DNA of 64,000 nt from Methanotrichaceae archaeon (GTDB lineage: Archaea; Halobacteriota; Methanosarcinia; Methanotrichales; Methanotrichaceae): NCBI GenBank assembly GCA_963748825.1, contig CAVVKN010000018.1:87493-151492 (forward strand), read 5' to 3'. The translations under genes were made by a program, and so were the position numbers. Every line of letters starts with the position of its first letter. Positions within the stretch are counted from its first letter, which is position 1. Shown here piece by piece: positions 30,406 through 41,202 of this stretch. The notes below the pieces were generated by a model. It did no database searches and was not told the DNA's origin. It saw only the letters and a list, made by a program, of their open reading frames with translations.

Positions 30406-30436
30406 ACTACATTGAATACTAATTTGCGAAAGGGAA

Positions 30437-30507
30437 CCAACGGCTCAGATAGAAAAGGAATGTATGAGGGGATGGAATTGAGCCGTGGTGAGGTAGCTTT
30501 TCTACCT
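30437..30507 (-). ncRNA. Candidate hairpin small RNA with CCATCCCCTC loop
   Basis: Stem ACGGCTCA/TGAGCCGT (30440-30486) plus small hairpin 30491-30507; minus-strand CTTAAATA at 30531-30538. Confidence 0.45.
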
Positions 30508-30653
30508 ACTGTTAATAATAATAGTAATAGTATTTAAGTCTTTCTGAGTAGCATCTTCTTGCAAGCATCTTTTTAACCATATGTTGTCCAGGAAACTGAT
30601 TTATACAATCAGAACCATCCAAATTTATCACTCTTTGGTGTAGGAGGAACATC

Positions 30654-30995
30654 ATGGCAGAAAAAGAGATGAGAAACTTTGCCTTGCGGGACAAAGATGG
30701 AACCGAGATCGGAGTTTTCACAGGAAAAGCGCCGAGACAAGCTGCACTAAAAGCTGCCAATCGTGGTTATACCGATATCAGGCTTCGGGAGAGGGGCGCC
30801 AAAAAGGTACATGTATTCACAGGCGAGCGAAAACAGGTAAAGAAGCCCGCCAGCGCACCAGCATGGATGCCGGAAAAGATCTGGAAACCCATTGTCAAGA
30901 AAGTGGGTGTGGAGAATCTGGAAACGCTCGAACCGGCTGCGGCAAAGGTGGTCGTGTCAAGCGCAGAAAGTAGTCCTAGTCATTTGCTAATATAA
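30654..30995 (+). CDS. Non-histone chromosomal protein MC1
   Basis: RNFALRDKDGTEIGVFTGKAPRQAALKAANRG...IRLRERG.KKVHVF...PAWMPEKIWKP; AGGAGG upstream. Confidence 0.93.
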   Translation: MAEKEMRNFALRDKDGTEIGVFTGKAPRQAALKAANRGYTDIRLRERGAKKVHVFTGERKQVKKPASAPAWMPEKIWKPIVKKVGVENLETLEPAAAKVVVSSAESSPSHLLI

Positions 30996-31103
30996 TTTTT
31001 CCCTTTTAATTTTTCCTATTATTTATGTCTGTCTAGATACTGATTTGGTGCAATCATTTTTATCCCAGTGCATTCGTTGTTCTGCGATTAGGAGGACGAA
31101 TAT

Positions 31104-31390
31104 CTGGTAGGGATAATAAACCATGAAGCTGTTCTTGCTGCCATTCCCAACAGCAAAGCCGATGCCAAATCCCTGAAAGATATCGCGCAGGTGATTGGCT
31201 TGGAGATATACACACATACGGATTGGATCAGAGCAGAACGCCGTCTCGCCAGAGTTCTCAGGATTCTGATCAAATGGGTTGGGCATCTCGTGACCGTAGG
31301 CAAAGCGATAATGGTCATCGATTCTGGTACAATGTTTACTGGAAGACAGAGTTGGCAATCCAGCACGATTCTGCCAGAAAAGAATAAATT
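31104..31390 (+). pseudogene. Small winged-helix-like hypothetical protein, frameshifted
   Basis: AVLAAIPNSKADAKSLKDIAQVIGL...RRLARVLRILIKW, then in another frame NGHRFWYNVYWKT. Confidence 0.45.
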
Positions 31391-31605
31391 GCACTGAATT
31401 TTCTTTAAGATATTAAATAATAATATCGGTCATATAAGTTGTTCTCATTATCATATTATTAGTTCTATTTTATTGTACGGTTAATAGCAAAAACAACCCA
31501 TATAACCAATTCTTCAACATAGGCTTTCCTGGTCTGCTTCTGGATGCCAATTGATTGGAGAAAGCTCAAGAGGGGAAACTATTTAGTTCAATAACGGAAC
31601 CTTAC

Positions 31606-32782
31606 GGTCGTGAGTAACTAACCAGTTGGTATTTTGTGATAGGGAAACGTTAGGAGATGCTTCAGGGACCATACGCGATCTATGAGCCCAGCATGCTTTG
31701 CAGGACAATTGTAAGATGTTTTTCCTGTATCCTCTTTATATTTCAGAGATCGATGCGTTCTGCAAAAATTATAGTACGCAATATAAAGTGTCATCTGGTT
31801 ATCTAATTCTTCTGTCTTTTTGGAGAATCCAATGGTCTTCCTTGAAATGCGATTGTTATCCTGTCTTAAAGTGAGATTTTGTCGTTCGATGTAGCTGGTT
31901 GAGATCGATTTGGGATCTATATCATTTCCAAAAACGATCTTCTTGACAATTTTTTTAAGGCGAGATCCAGATCTCTCCTTTATAATTTGCCCATATTTTA
32001 ATAAAGAATTAGCTATTAATCTTGGCGATCTGGGCCGCCCCCTCTTCCCAGTCGATGGATATTTGATGACCTCATAATATTGGTTTAAGAGAGCATTTTT
32101 ATAAAATTTTAAACCATCTGTAACAAAAAGCGGAATTGATGCAAGGCGTCTAGCAGTTTTAGTGACGAGTTGATTTGCAGTCTTCTGTGTTCTTGGCCCC
32201 ACACAATGCGCTAATAGTAACCGTGATTCACAAGCCATGCTCAGCCAGATCCATGTACCTTCATCTTCATATTCGTCTTTCTTGGGCAACGTTTTTTTCC
32301 CACGAAAGTCCATAGCTCGTCCATTTCAACCTTCTCAGTCTCAACACCAGTTAGAGTTGATTCATTGACCTTTTCGCAATGGCTTGCTGCTTTCCCAGTC
32401 CATTTTCTGACCGTCTCAGGGCAAACCTTAACTACTTCAGCTATTTTATTTACACTTAGGCCTTTGGTTGAAAGATCCAGTGCTAGTGTTATTTTTTCTG
32501 GGCTTGTTCGCAGACCATAGAAAACAGTGTTCTTCCGACTACAGAATACGAGTCCACAAGCGCTACATATAAATTTTCTCACTCGTCCGCCGGACTTAAT
32601 TTTAGATGTACCATTGCTCGTAACGTTACCCTTACCAGTAACTCCGTAGCAGGAGCATTTGGTATTGGGACAAGCTACGTCATTGAACTTAGGCTTTGGC
32701 CCTCTTTTCCCCATTGCTATCCCTTGTTGGATAGCATATGAATCGCACATATTTAATACCAACTGTATAGTCTTTCACGACC
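31606..32782 (-). mobile_element. IS1-family insertion sequence
   Basis: Imperfect 28-bp terminal inverted repeats (GGTCGTGAGTAACTAACCAGTTGGTATT / GGTCGTGAAAGACTATACAGTTGGTATT). ORFA 32241-32714 (Zn finger plus HTH, EMDELWTFVGKK) and ORFB 31618-32313 (TDG, IERQNLTLRQ) joined at a GGGAAAAAAAC run. No clear target duplication. Confidence 0.88.
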
Positions 32783-33213
32783 TTGCCTCGCGAAATACCT
32801 TAAATTTATATGTGCATAGCTTATAATATATTGATATTTTGATACCAAAAGCTTTTTATCCAGTAAGTGTAAGTCTTAGGGCCCTACCGAGTCTGTTTGA
32901 CCTTCTCCATCACCAATACGATCAAGTCCTCCAGTCTGGCCTGGTGCTTGAGGGCCTCGGCCAGCTCCAGGACTGAACCCGCCTCTTCTTGCAGCTTATG
33001 TGCCTCATGGCGGGATGAGGGCACACGGGCAGCCTTCTGTAGGGCATTATATCCTGAAGATTACCTTGAAGATCGGCATGCTGAAGCAGTACGGGCTGAA
33101 TATCAACGAACCCAGTCGAGCCAGGGTCCTGCGGACGCTGTCGGGAAGGACCTCATGTACGTCGGCTCGCATGAATAGATATTCTTTTCATTTAGGTGAG
33201 AGAGTATATCCTT

Positions 33214-34344
33214 ATGGAGTCTTATGTTAAAGTAAAAGAGGATCCAAAAATAACTTCTCTTACAGAAATAGACCTGCAATCTCTGGCAGAGATAAGAGAT
33301 GCGAAGGATACCTTCCTGACAGTCTATTTTGCAGCTAAAGGAAGGGATAGCGACCAATCCTTTGTGGCATCAAGGCTGAGTATCATCCAGAAAGCCCTGC
33401 CAAAGGATCTATTGGAGGGCTTTCATGAGACGCTTGGCATGGTAGAGGCCGCTCTGTCAGCCCCAGGCATAAAAGGTGAACGTGGCCGGGTCATCTTCGC
33501 CTCAGCCACCGCCGGCTTCCTGCACGTCTACAGATTGAGCGTGGAGCCGGAGCCGCTCGTCGTTTGGGATGTCTCACCGTTTCTTCTACCCCTGGCCAAG
33601 CTGAAAGAAGAGTACGAGGACTACGGGCTTTTGCTCATCGACTCCCAGGAGGCCAGGCTCTTTTTGGTGCGGTCTAACTTGCTGGAGAAGAATGATAATG
33701 CCTCTATAGACCTCATGAACAAGCACAAGAAAGGAGGTTGGAGCCAGATGCGCTACAATCGCCTCCGAAGGGGGCAGATCGATTCCTTCTTCACTCAGCT
33801 TATAGAAGATTTGCAGAAGAACGAAGATCTGACCAAGATGCGTGGCCTGGTGGTGGCCGGTCCGGGCGAGGCCAAGGGCCAGCTTATGGAGATGATGCCT
33901 CAAGCCCTGAAGGATAAGGTCATAGGAACTGTGGATATCTCTATGGATGCATCCTCGAAAGACCTGTTGAATCTAGGCAAGGATTTTACCCATGAGGACC
34001 AGCTTTCCAGAGAAAAGGTTCTGGCTGAAAAACTGAAAGAAGCCGTGCTGCGCGGTCATCATGCCGCCTATGGCCTGGCGGAAGTTGGGAATGCTCTGAA
34101 GGAAGGGCGAGTGAACTGTCTTTTGATCTCAGAGGGCTTTACCCTGCCTGGAATGATCTGCACAAGCTGCCAGCAAATCGATTCAGAGGAAGAGAAGTGC
34201 CCTACCTGTGGTGGGGAGGCGGCGGCACTCAGCCTGGAGAGCCTCTATGAGCTGGCAGAGAGAATGGACGCAGAAGTGGTTTTAGTAGAGGACGACGCAT
34301 TCCTGGAAAGCCTTGGGAATATAGGGGCAATACTAAGGTACTGA
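33214..34344 (+). CDS. eRF1-fold release factor paralogue (baeRF/Vms1-like peptidyl-tRNA hydrolase)
   Basis: NKHKKGGWSQMRYNR loop, VVAGPGEAK, Zn knuckle CTSC...CPTC, IGAILRY terminus. Confidence 0.85.
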   Translation: MESYVKVKEDPKITSLTEIDLQSLAEIRDAKDTFLTVYFAAKGRDSDQSFVASRLSIIQKALPKDLLEGFHETLGMVEAALSAPGIKGERGRVIFASATAGFLHVYRLSVEPEPLVVWDVSPFLLPLAKLKEEYEDYGLLLIDSQEARLFLVRSNLLEKNDNASIDLMNKHKKGGWSQMRYNRLRRGQIDSFFTQLIEDLQKNEDLTKMRGLVVAGPGEAKGQLMEMMPQALKDKVIGTVDISMDASSKDLLNLGKDFTHEDQLSREKVLAEKLKEAVLRGHHAAYGLAEVGNALKEGRVNCLLISEGFTLPGMICTSCQQIDSEEEKCPTCGGEAAALSLESLYELAERMDAEVVLVEDDAFLESLGNIGAILRY

Positions 34345-34750
34345 AAGGATTTTAAAGGAGAACGGAGAATCTTAACCCACTTTTTTCCCCGAAGCAGTTG
34401 CACTTGCACCTGTGGGATGTGGGTTACTGGAATGGGTTGTTTGCCAGAAGCGATTTTGGACTTGTTAAGTGTTGCCCAGAAAAGGGGGAAGCGTTCTGTA
34501 AGTTACACGCACTTTTCCTTTCACAATTTCCGGTTGGCCGGCCAGGGCATAGACTCCATATTAGGTTATCTTGTGGCCATGCTGGGTGCACCTGAACGGG
34601 GCGACGATAAAAGCCATCTTCCCTCCTACATTCCGCCTATAGTCTGATCGGTTCTCCCTTCCTCTGTTTCATGCCTTTCTGAATCCACCCCTTCACATTC
34701 GCTCCACGCACGGCCCGCCCTCATATCCTCAGAGCCGCCAATAGTCGTCT

Positions 34751-35020
34751 ATGGAAATCGAATTACACCCAGCTGTCTCCTTGCTCTCCGAAACATTCAA
34801 CGTCCTTGTCGCCCCGGTTGAGATGCTAGTTGATGCCCTGAACAGCCATCTGGAATTGCAACGCTACAAAATTCTCTTCATCAGTGGCAACTATTCCCGC
34901 ATTCTGAGTCGCCTGGATCGCAACTTCACGGAGTTGGAAGTGCGCCGGGCCTTCACATCTTTCCAACTAATGACCATATTGGAGGAAAACCACCATAGCT
35001 TTCTGATCGTGGGGCGAGAT
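34751..35020 (+). pseudogene. Truncated inactive-RadA-like protein of PolB2-type operons
   Basis: ILFISGNYSRILSRLDRNF..LEVRRAFTSFQLMTILEE; reading breaks down after FLIV. Confidence 0.55.
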
Positions 35021-35118
35021 CCCATTTCCTGCAAGAACACCATGATGACACTCCTTTTTTGGCTTTGTCAAAGGTCATACGCCATTAGCCGTATGATCTG
35101 GCCGCAGTCTCTCAATAA

Positions 35119-35874
35119 CTAGGAAAGGCCGCTACCACCCATTCCAATGGGTATTTGGCTGATATCTCCCACGCCTGTCAAGATCTTATCTGCATCCTCA
35201 CGCACATCATGGAAAGTGGATGTCTGCGAAGGTTGCTGCGGATAGGTCTGATCTGTGGCTTTTGGGGCTATGGCACTGGCTGCATCGGACGAAGCTGATG
35301 CTGCAACTTTGGGCTCTTCAATGGTTGCGGGAATGTAGCTGGATGTATCTGGATTAATCCACATGGCTTCGAAGTTGCCCCTTGCTGAGATCTTGCCCTC
35401 GCTCACCCGGAAGAAGCTTCCTTTTAGGGATTGGCTGGCAGCATCAAAGATTCCTGTCATCTTGAAGGAGCTCTGCTCGTTGCCATTCATTATAGTCAAA
35501 ACCATCCCCACATCATCTCCATATATAGAACCGATAACATTGGCGTTCCAGGGCTTTCCGCCATCAGGCTCGTATTTGGCTGCACCATAGAGATCCTCGT
35601 TCTCCTGGTTGATTACCATAATAACCTGGCCGGATTCAAGCCCCGTAACCGACCAGATGTAGCTTAGACTAACCGCACTATTTGTCTCGTTGGCGGCTTT
35701 GTCCACAGTGCCCTGTATAGATGCATTTGTCACCATGGTTTCGTTTTTCTGAGAAGTGGCATTATCCCTAATAATCGTTTTATTACTTAGGTCATTCGAA
35801 GGCTGGCTTAAGGACATGCCCACAGCAACGATTAATAAAAGCAATATGGATAGAATCATGAATCTTGTGGTCAA
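35119..35874 (-). CDS. Secreted hypothetical protein
   Basis: 251 aa; signal peptide; beta-rich core; low-complexity linker. Confidence 0.7.
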   Translation of the reverse strand: MTTRFMILSILLLLIVAVGMSLSQPSNDLSNKTIIRDNATSQKNETMVTNASIQGTVDKAANETNSAVSLSYIWSVTGLESGQVIMVINQENEDLYGAAKYEPDGGKPWNANVIGSIYGDDVGMVLTIMNGNEQSSFKMTGIFDAASQSLKGSFFRVSEGKISARGNFEAMWINPDTSSYIPATIEEPKVAASASSDAASAIAPKATDQTYPQQPSQTSTFHDVREDADKILTGVGDISQIPIGMGGSGLS

Positions 35875-36219
35875 TTAATTGCCTCCATCACATGCTTTGT
35901 TTTTTCCCGTTCTCCGCTTTTAGACGACATACGTTTCGTCGTTTGACTATAAATACCTATTGAGGCTCACCCATATAAGCTTTTCAAATCAGAATTGCCC
36001 CTCAGGCACTGGCATAGACTTGGTCTTTTAAGTGGATGCTGGTAACCTGTTTTGGCTATACTGGTTATAGGAATGCTATGGAGACGAAGAGAAATAATTT
36101 ACGCATTTCCAGAGGCGTATCGGAAATTACCTCGTTTATTGATAGCCGTTTTCTGCCTACGCGGGCCAAAATTTAAATATTTTAGCTCCCGTCAACACCT
36201 AAGTTCGGCCAGATCCGGC

Positions 36220-36330
36220 CCAGGTCACTCTCATGGGCAGCAATATGGTGAATGCGCTCATAGCCGCGTGCCTGTGCCCATGATCCAGAAGCATGTTAGG
36301 TACAAGAGGCTATCCAAACCGATCTTCTCT
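36220..36330 (+). pseudogene. Degraded tyrosine recombinase C-terminal remnant
   Basis: HSH...VNALIA / VPVPMIQKHVRYKRLS resembles integrase box II (RHS..V.AL.AGVP...IQKQLGHK.LSTT). Confidence 0.4.
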
Positions 36331-37298
36331 TTTGACCAGGATAGTCACAAAATAGTTTAATCAACATCGTCTAAACTGGAAAAACGCTGTAGCGCCAATG
36401 ATTCTTTTCCAGCTAATGTCCTTATAGCTTGAAGTTTTGGCCTCCATTGAACACGAGCGGCACGAAGTACGGGCTGCTACCACATTTATAAGTCGCTAAT
36501 GTTTTGGCGTTAGTATTAGCTGAGCTTACTGTATTGCTTTTGCCTAACGCATCAAAGAAATATGACAGATAGTCATGGCTCCAATGAACCTCAACTGAAT
36601 TTGCATAACCTCTACTCAACGGTCGAAGTGAAGTATTGGACGCAACAAGACCTTCACATAACGGAGCCGGGGCTGGATGATTCTTCGCTCATAGATCCTC
36701 TCCCATCTGGCTTGGGTCGAGCGGATCGGCTGCTTCGGCATTTGCTTGGAGAAGGAAAAAAGCAATAATCGTTATGCATAATAGCAGCTTGTGATATATC
36801 ATATCGACCTCTCTTGGACGCGGCTTTGGATCACACGCAGTCTCTAAATCCAATCGAACCTTCTCTTATAACTATATGACGATTTAGATCTCGCCAAATG
36901 TCGAAGCAGGTCATTAGCTTAGGCCTTTAAGCAAACCTCCAGGGCTTGCTTTATGCGCCCGCACCGGACTCCCACCAGCAGGAGATTACCTACCTGGCCG
37001 ACAGGTATCCTGCTTCTACGGTAAGCAGGCGATAGTAGAAGCCTTTCGAGCCACAATATGAGACCCTCCGATCTGATCTGGTCAAGGAGCTAGCTGAATT
37101 CAAAGAGGAGACTCAAAAACTGCTCTAAGGCATAGGATAGATTTGAGTGCTAATCTTCTAGTTTCTCTAATTTTGAACCATTAGCTTCGATTCATAAAAT
37201 TTGAATTTTCAAGGCATAGAAAAAATTGGGAATTGGCTGAGAAAAAGCCAGGCTGTAAATTGCCAGCTTCCAGGTTCTCATAACTTATTTCCATTTTA

Positions 37299-38117
37299 TT
37301 AAAAGCTCGTGGAACCTGTGGAGCTGCCCATAGATCCGCCATAACTCTCGCTCATGCTTATGCTCTTGGACGAGCTGAAGGTTGAGCCTATGCGACTACC
37401 CTGTCCAAGCTGGAGGGGTTCTGCTCCTGCGGTGGTAGAGGATAAAGGCTTAGTTGCACCCGCAGCAATAGCTGAACTCTTTGGCGGCAAATCTTGAGGA
37501 GATTGCAGCTTCACAGCCCCATTAGAAAGGATGCCTATCGCCGTTCCCGATAGGGTAGCTCCATCTGTAGAATGAACATTGTAACTGCCTTTAAGCGTAT
37601 TTCCTTCGGGCTGAAGCTCCAAGCTGTAGAGTTCTGAGCTTCCATCAGTTGCAATTGTCAGGCTCAGCTTTCCATCCTCCACCACCCCACTTGCCGTGAC
37701 GTTTTGGACGGAATTGCCAGAGATTAAGTTCCCTTGGCCCAGAACCGAGGCATCGCTCTGATGCAGTTCCAGATTCAAGTAATTGATGGCTTTATCTTGA
37801 AGGATCAATAATAAGGCTCCTGTGACATTAAGCTCTTCTTTCCCAGACATTGGCTGAGTGCCTGAATCTCCGAGAGGGGCTGAAGCTGTTGCGGGCGTAC
37901 CCAGATTGACATCAGAACTGCCAGAAGGCAAGGACTCCGTAACCTGAGAGGCGCTTTCTATTATTCCCGAACTGACCCCCCGTTGCAGCAGGTCTTGAGG
38001 TAATGGCATGTTCATCGATTCGCCGAGCTGAGACGGACTTAGAATGTCTGCGCCTTGGATTGTGTTAATGGTAAAAGCAAAAATTGCTAGGCAAATTCCC
38101 AATTTATCGAATTTCAT
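37299..38117 (-). CDS. Secreted Ser-rich hypothetical protein
   Basis: 272 aa; signal peptide; beta-rich core similar in style to 35119-35874. Confidence 0.7.
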   Translation of the reverse strand: MKFDKLGICLAIFAFTINTIQGADILSPSQLGESMNMPLPQDLLQRGVSSGIIESASQVTESLPSGSSDVNLGTPATASAPLGDSGTQPMSGKEELNVTGALLLILQDKAINYLNLELHQSDASVLGQGNLISGNSVQNVTASGVVEDGKLSLTIATDGSSELYSLELQPEGNTLKGSYNVHSTDGATLSGTAIGILSNGAVKLQSPQDLPPKSSAIAAGATKPLSSTTAGAEPLQLGQGSRIGSTFSSSKSISMSESYGGSMGSSTGSTSF

Positions 38118-38501
38118 TCCAACACCTTAACCGAAATATCTCTCATTATTGTCCAGAGATGCAGTTGACCTTTTTATATGTTTCCGTTGATTGTCGATAA
38201 GAGCATTAGATCCGGTCGAATTCGAGTAGGACGCGAAATAATTTCGGGATTCCACAGCTGCATTCTTGAGTCATAAATCATAAGTTGTCACGCAGAATAA
38301 TTATTTGTGTGGTCTTGAAAGTATGAGACCCAAAATCCTGATCGCTCCGTGGCTGGCCTTTTTCACATTCTTCTTCTCCTTCAACGGAGCCGCCATCAAG
38401 CTCTTGCGTATTCCCAAAAATGTCTACAATTCCCCTGTATGTATTGTAATAGCAATAGGGGAAATGTTTACTTTTTATGAAATTCTTAGATCTTCTGGCA
38501 A

Positions 38502-41156
38502 TTAGACAGAGGCCCCCAGCGTCCCCAGCCCGAAGGCCATGGGACACGGCGCTGCCTCTCTTTTTATGACCACCTCGATCTCGCCGGATGCAAGGCCCCG
38601 TAGCACCTCCTTTATGTTTTCCACCTCGAATCTATCCTCGATGATCTCCCGAAAGCTCTCCCGCAGCACGGCAAACTCGTCCAGCTTGCCGGCAAAGCCG
38701 ATGAGCATATCAGCGTCCAGTTGCTGGTGCCGGGCGCTCTTCTGCCGTCCCTTGTAGCTTTTCAGGATCATGAAAGAGCGGGTGGCGTTGATGCGAAAGA
38801 CGCTTTTCAGAAGGCTCGTATTCTGCAAAGATCGATAGAGTAGCTGCTCGCAGTTCTCCTCCCGGATGGACCCAATGATGGCCGGCAGATTCACTTTGCC
38901 GGACGCGGGAAGGGAGAGCACAAAGCCCGAGTCGTAAGTGGTGATGCAGATATCACTCATCCTCTGGCGAGCCAGGAGGTAAGCTACCATTCTGGCGAAT
39001 CCCTCGTTGAAGCGCAGGCCGTAGCCAGAGAGAAAATAGTAGATCCTGCGGCCCGTTTCCTGGTCGAGGCACTCCTGCACAACTATCCTGCAGTTGGTGG
39101 GAACCGCATCTTCTCCCAGGAAGGCGATCTGCTGGCGGAATATCTCGCAAATGGAGCGGGCGCTGTTCTCGTCGATGGGATACTGCTTCTGCAGCCAGCT
39201 GACGATAGCTATGCTATTATCATCATCCTCGCCTTCCCGGCCCTCTTGGCTCTTCATCTTCCGGCTCTTCATCATCCAGAGCATGTCGCTTTTAAAGGAC
39301 AGAATGCTCCGGGCCAGATCAAAGGATAAGGGCAGCCTCTCCGAAGACCAGGTGGGAATATTGGGCCGGCCTGCTGCAGGGTCCACATAGATCTTTCCAC
39401 CCCGCCGATAGCAGAAGGAATAGGCCCCACCGCCGATGGAAAAGACGTCACCTCGATCCAGTTTTTCCATGTATTTCTCATCCAGCCTTCCTACCCAGCG
39501 ACCTTCACGGGTGAGCACATCGCAGGTGAACTGATCCGGTATCATGCCCGAGTTGGTGTAGTAGATCATGCGAGAGCTGCCGCCCCGCGTTCCTATAATC
39601 TTCGTCTCGGAATCATAGCGGATCTTTGGGTAGATGCGCCTCTCCTGCATGCCTGCGTGGGCTGCAGAGAGGTAGAGCACAACGCTCATCAGCTCTTCTT
39701 CGCTGAGGCTCCGGTAGCAGTAGGATCTTTGCACGACCCGCATTACTTCGTCCAGAGTCCAATCTCTCTCCAGGACCATTCCAAGCAGGTGCTGGCAGAG
39801 GGCATCAAGCGCATTTCGGGGAATGTGAATTCGGTCCACATCGCCAGCTTTTGCCCTCTCCAGCATCACGGCGCATTCCATCAGCTCCTCTCTATCCAGA
39901 ACTATTATCCTGCCCTTTACCGCCTGATCCAGACTGTGGCCCCCTCTGCCGAAACGCTGCAAAAGCGCCGCTACTGATTTAGGCGAGCCGATCTGCAGGA
40001 CGAGATCGATGTAGGGCATGTCGATGCCAAGCTCCAGGGAGGTGGAGGAGCAAACGACTTTGAGCAACCCCTGTTTGAGACGGCTCTCCGTGTCCTGCCT
40101 TCCCTCCCGGCCCATGGAACCGTGGTGGCAAGCAGAGTTTTCGGCATTGTAAAACTGAGGATAGCGCTGCTTGAGGTTGAATAGCGTTCGCTCCGCCCCG
40201 TTCCGGCTGTTGGTGAAGATGAGAGTGCTCCTGTGCTCCTGGATATGGCGGTGGAGCAGCTCGTAGAGCCTGTCGGCCAGATCGGTTTGGTCAGCAAGGA
40301 TTAGATCGGGCACCGGACAGAGCAGGCGCAGGTCAAAGCTGCGGGAGAAGCGGCAGTCCACCACCTGCACCGGGCGATAGTTTCCCGCCAGAAAGTCGGC
40401 CACTTCTTGCAGCGGCTCGACTGTAGCCGAGCAGCCGATACGAACGAAGCTTCCAGATGAGGGATCAACAGAAGAGTGAATTTCTCCTTCCTGCAGCTCT
40501 CTTTTCAGCTCCTCCAGCCGCTCCAGGCTGAGGGAGAGGTGCACGCCCCTCTTTGAGGCCGCTAGCGAGTGAATCTCGTCCACTATGACCCAGCGCACCG
40601 TCTTGAGCTTCTGCCGGAAACGCGGAGAGCTGAGAAGGATGGCCAGGGACTCAGGAGTGGTGTTGAGGATGTGCGGAGTCCTCTTCAGCATGCGGGCCTT
40701 TTCCTGGGCAGAGACGTCCCCATGCCGGATGGCGTGCCTGATCTCCTGCACTTCTAGTCCCCGCTCCTCTGCCAGGGCCTGCATCTCCTGCAAGGGCCGC
40801 TCCAGGTTTTTGTTAATGTCGTTGGCCAAAGATTTGAGGGGAGAAATGTAAAGGCAGTAGACACTGTCTTCCAGCTCGCCTTTTTTTGCAAGCACGAAGA
40901 GCTGGTTGATGATGGAGATGAAGGCGGAGAGGGTCTTGCCCGATCCGGTGGGCGAGCAGATGAGCACATTCTTGCCCTGCTGGATGAGTGGCACAGCCTG
41001 GATTTGAGGCGGAGTGAAGAGGCCTTCGGCTGAGCTGAAGGAGGCAAGCCACCAGTCCCGCACGATGGGATCGAAGAGAGAGAGGAGGGCGGCGTCTTCG
41101 GGGGAGACTGGCGGGGAGGCGGAGGGAACTGGGGTGCTAAAAGATGGGTCGACCAT
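38502..41156 (-). CDS. lhr: Lhr-type ATP-dependent DEAD/H-box helicase
   Basis: SPTGSGKT, YISPLKSLAND, TTPESL, VDEIH, SAT, HHGS, SLELGID, QRFGRGGH. Confidence 0.92.
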   Translation of the reverse strand: MVDPSFSTPVPSASPPVSPEDAALLSLFDPIVRDWWLASFSSAEGLFTPPQIQAVPLIQQGKNVLICSPTGSGKTLSAFISIINQLFVLAKKGELEDSVYCLYISPLKSLANDINKNLERPLQEMQALAEERGLEVQEIRHAIRHGDVSAQEKARMLKRTPHILNTTPESLAILLSSPRFRQKLKTVRWVIVDEIHSLAASKRGVHLSLSLERLEELKRELQEGEIHSSVDPSSGSFVRIGCSATVEPLQEVADFLAGNYRPVQVVDCRFSRSFDLRLLCPVPDLILADQTDLADRLYELLHRHIQEHRSTLIFTNSRNGAERTLFNLKQRYPQFYNAENSACHHGSMGREGRQDTESRLKQGLLKVVCSSTSLELGIDMPYIDLVLQIGSPKSVAALLQRFGRGGHSLDQAVKGRIIVLDREELMECAVMLERAKAGDVDRIHIPRNALDALCQHLLGMVLERDWTLDEVMRVVQRSYCYRSLSEEELMSVVLYLSAAHAGMQERRIYPKIRYDSETKIIGTRGGSSRMIYYTNSGMIPDQFTCDVLTREGRWVGRLDEKYMEKLDRGDVFSIGGGAYSFCYRRGGKIYVDPAAGRPNIPTWSSERLPLSFDLARSILSFKSDMLWMMKSRKMKSQEGREGEDDDNSIAIVSWLQKQYPIDENSARSICEIFRQQIAFLGEDAVPTNCRIVVQECLDQETGRRIYYFLSGYGLRFNEGFARMVAYLLARQRMSDICITTYDSGFVLSLPASGKVNLPAIIGSIREENCEQLLYRSLQNTSLLKSVFRINATRSFMILKSYKGRQKSARHQQLDADMLIGFAGKLDEFAVLRESFREIIEDRFEVENIKEVLRGLASGEIEVVIKREAAPCPMAFGLGTLGASV

Positions 41157-41202
41157 TCTGCTCAGGGATTATGCCGGATGCGAAATAGATCTTTTGGCTA
41201 TG

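Noticed and set aside
32897-33230. Short GC-rich ORF fragments beside the IS1 element
   Set aside because: They look like gene debris, but I could not assign a family or a consistent frame.
36422-37130. Short ORFs and coding-like patches
   Set aside because: Interrupted by stops with no recognisable motif; treated as unassigned debris.
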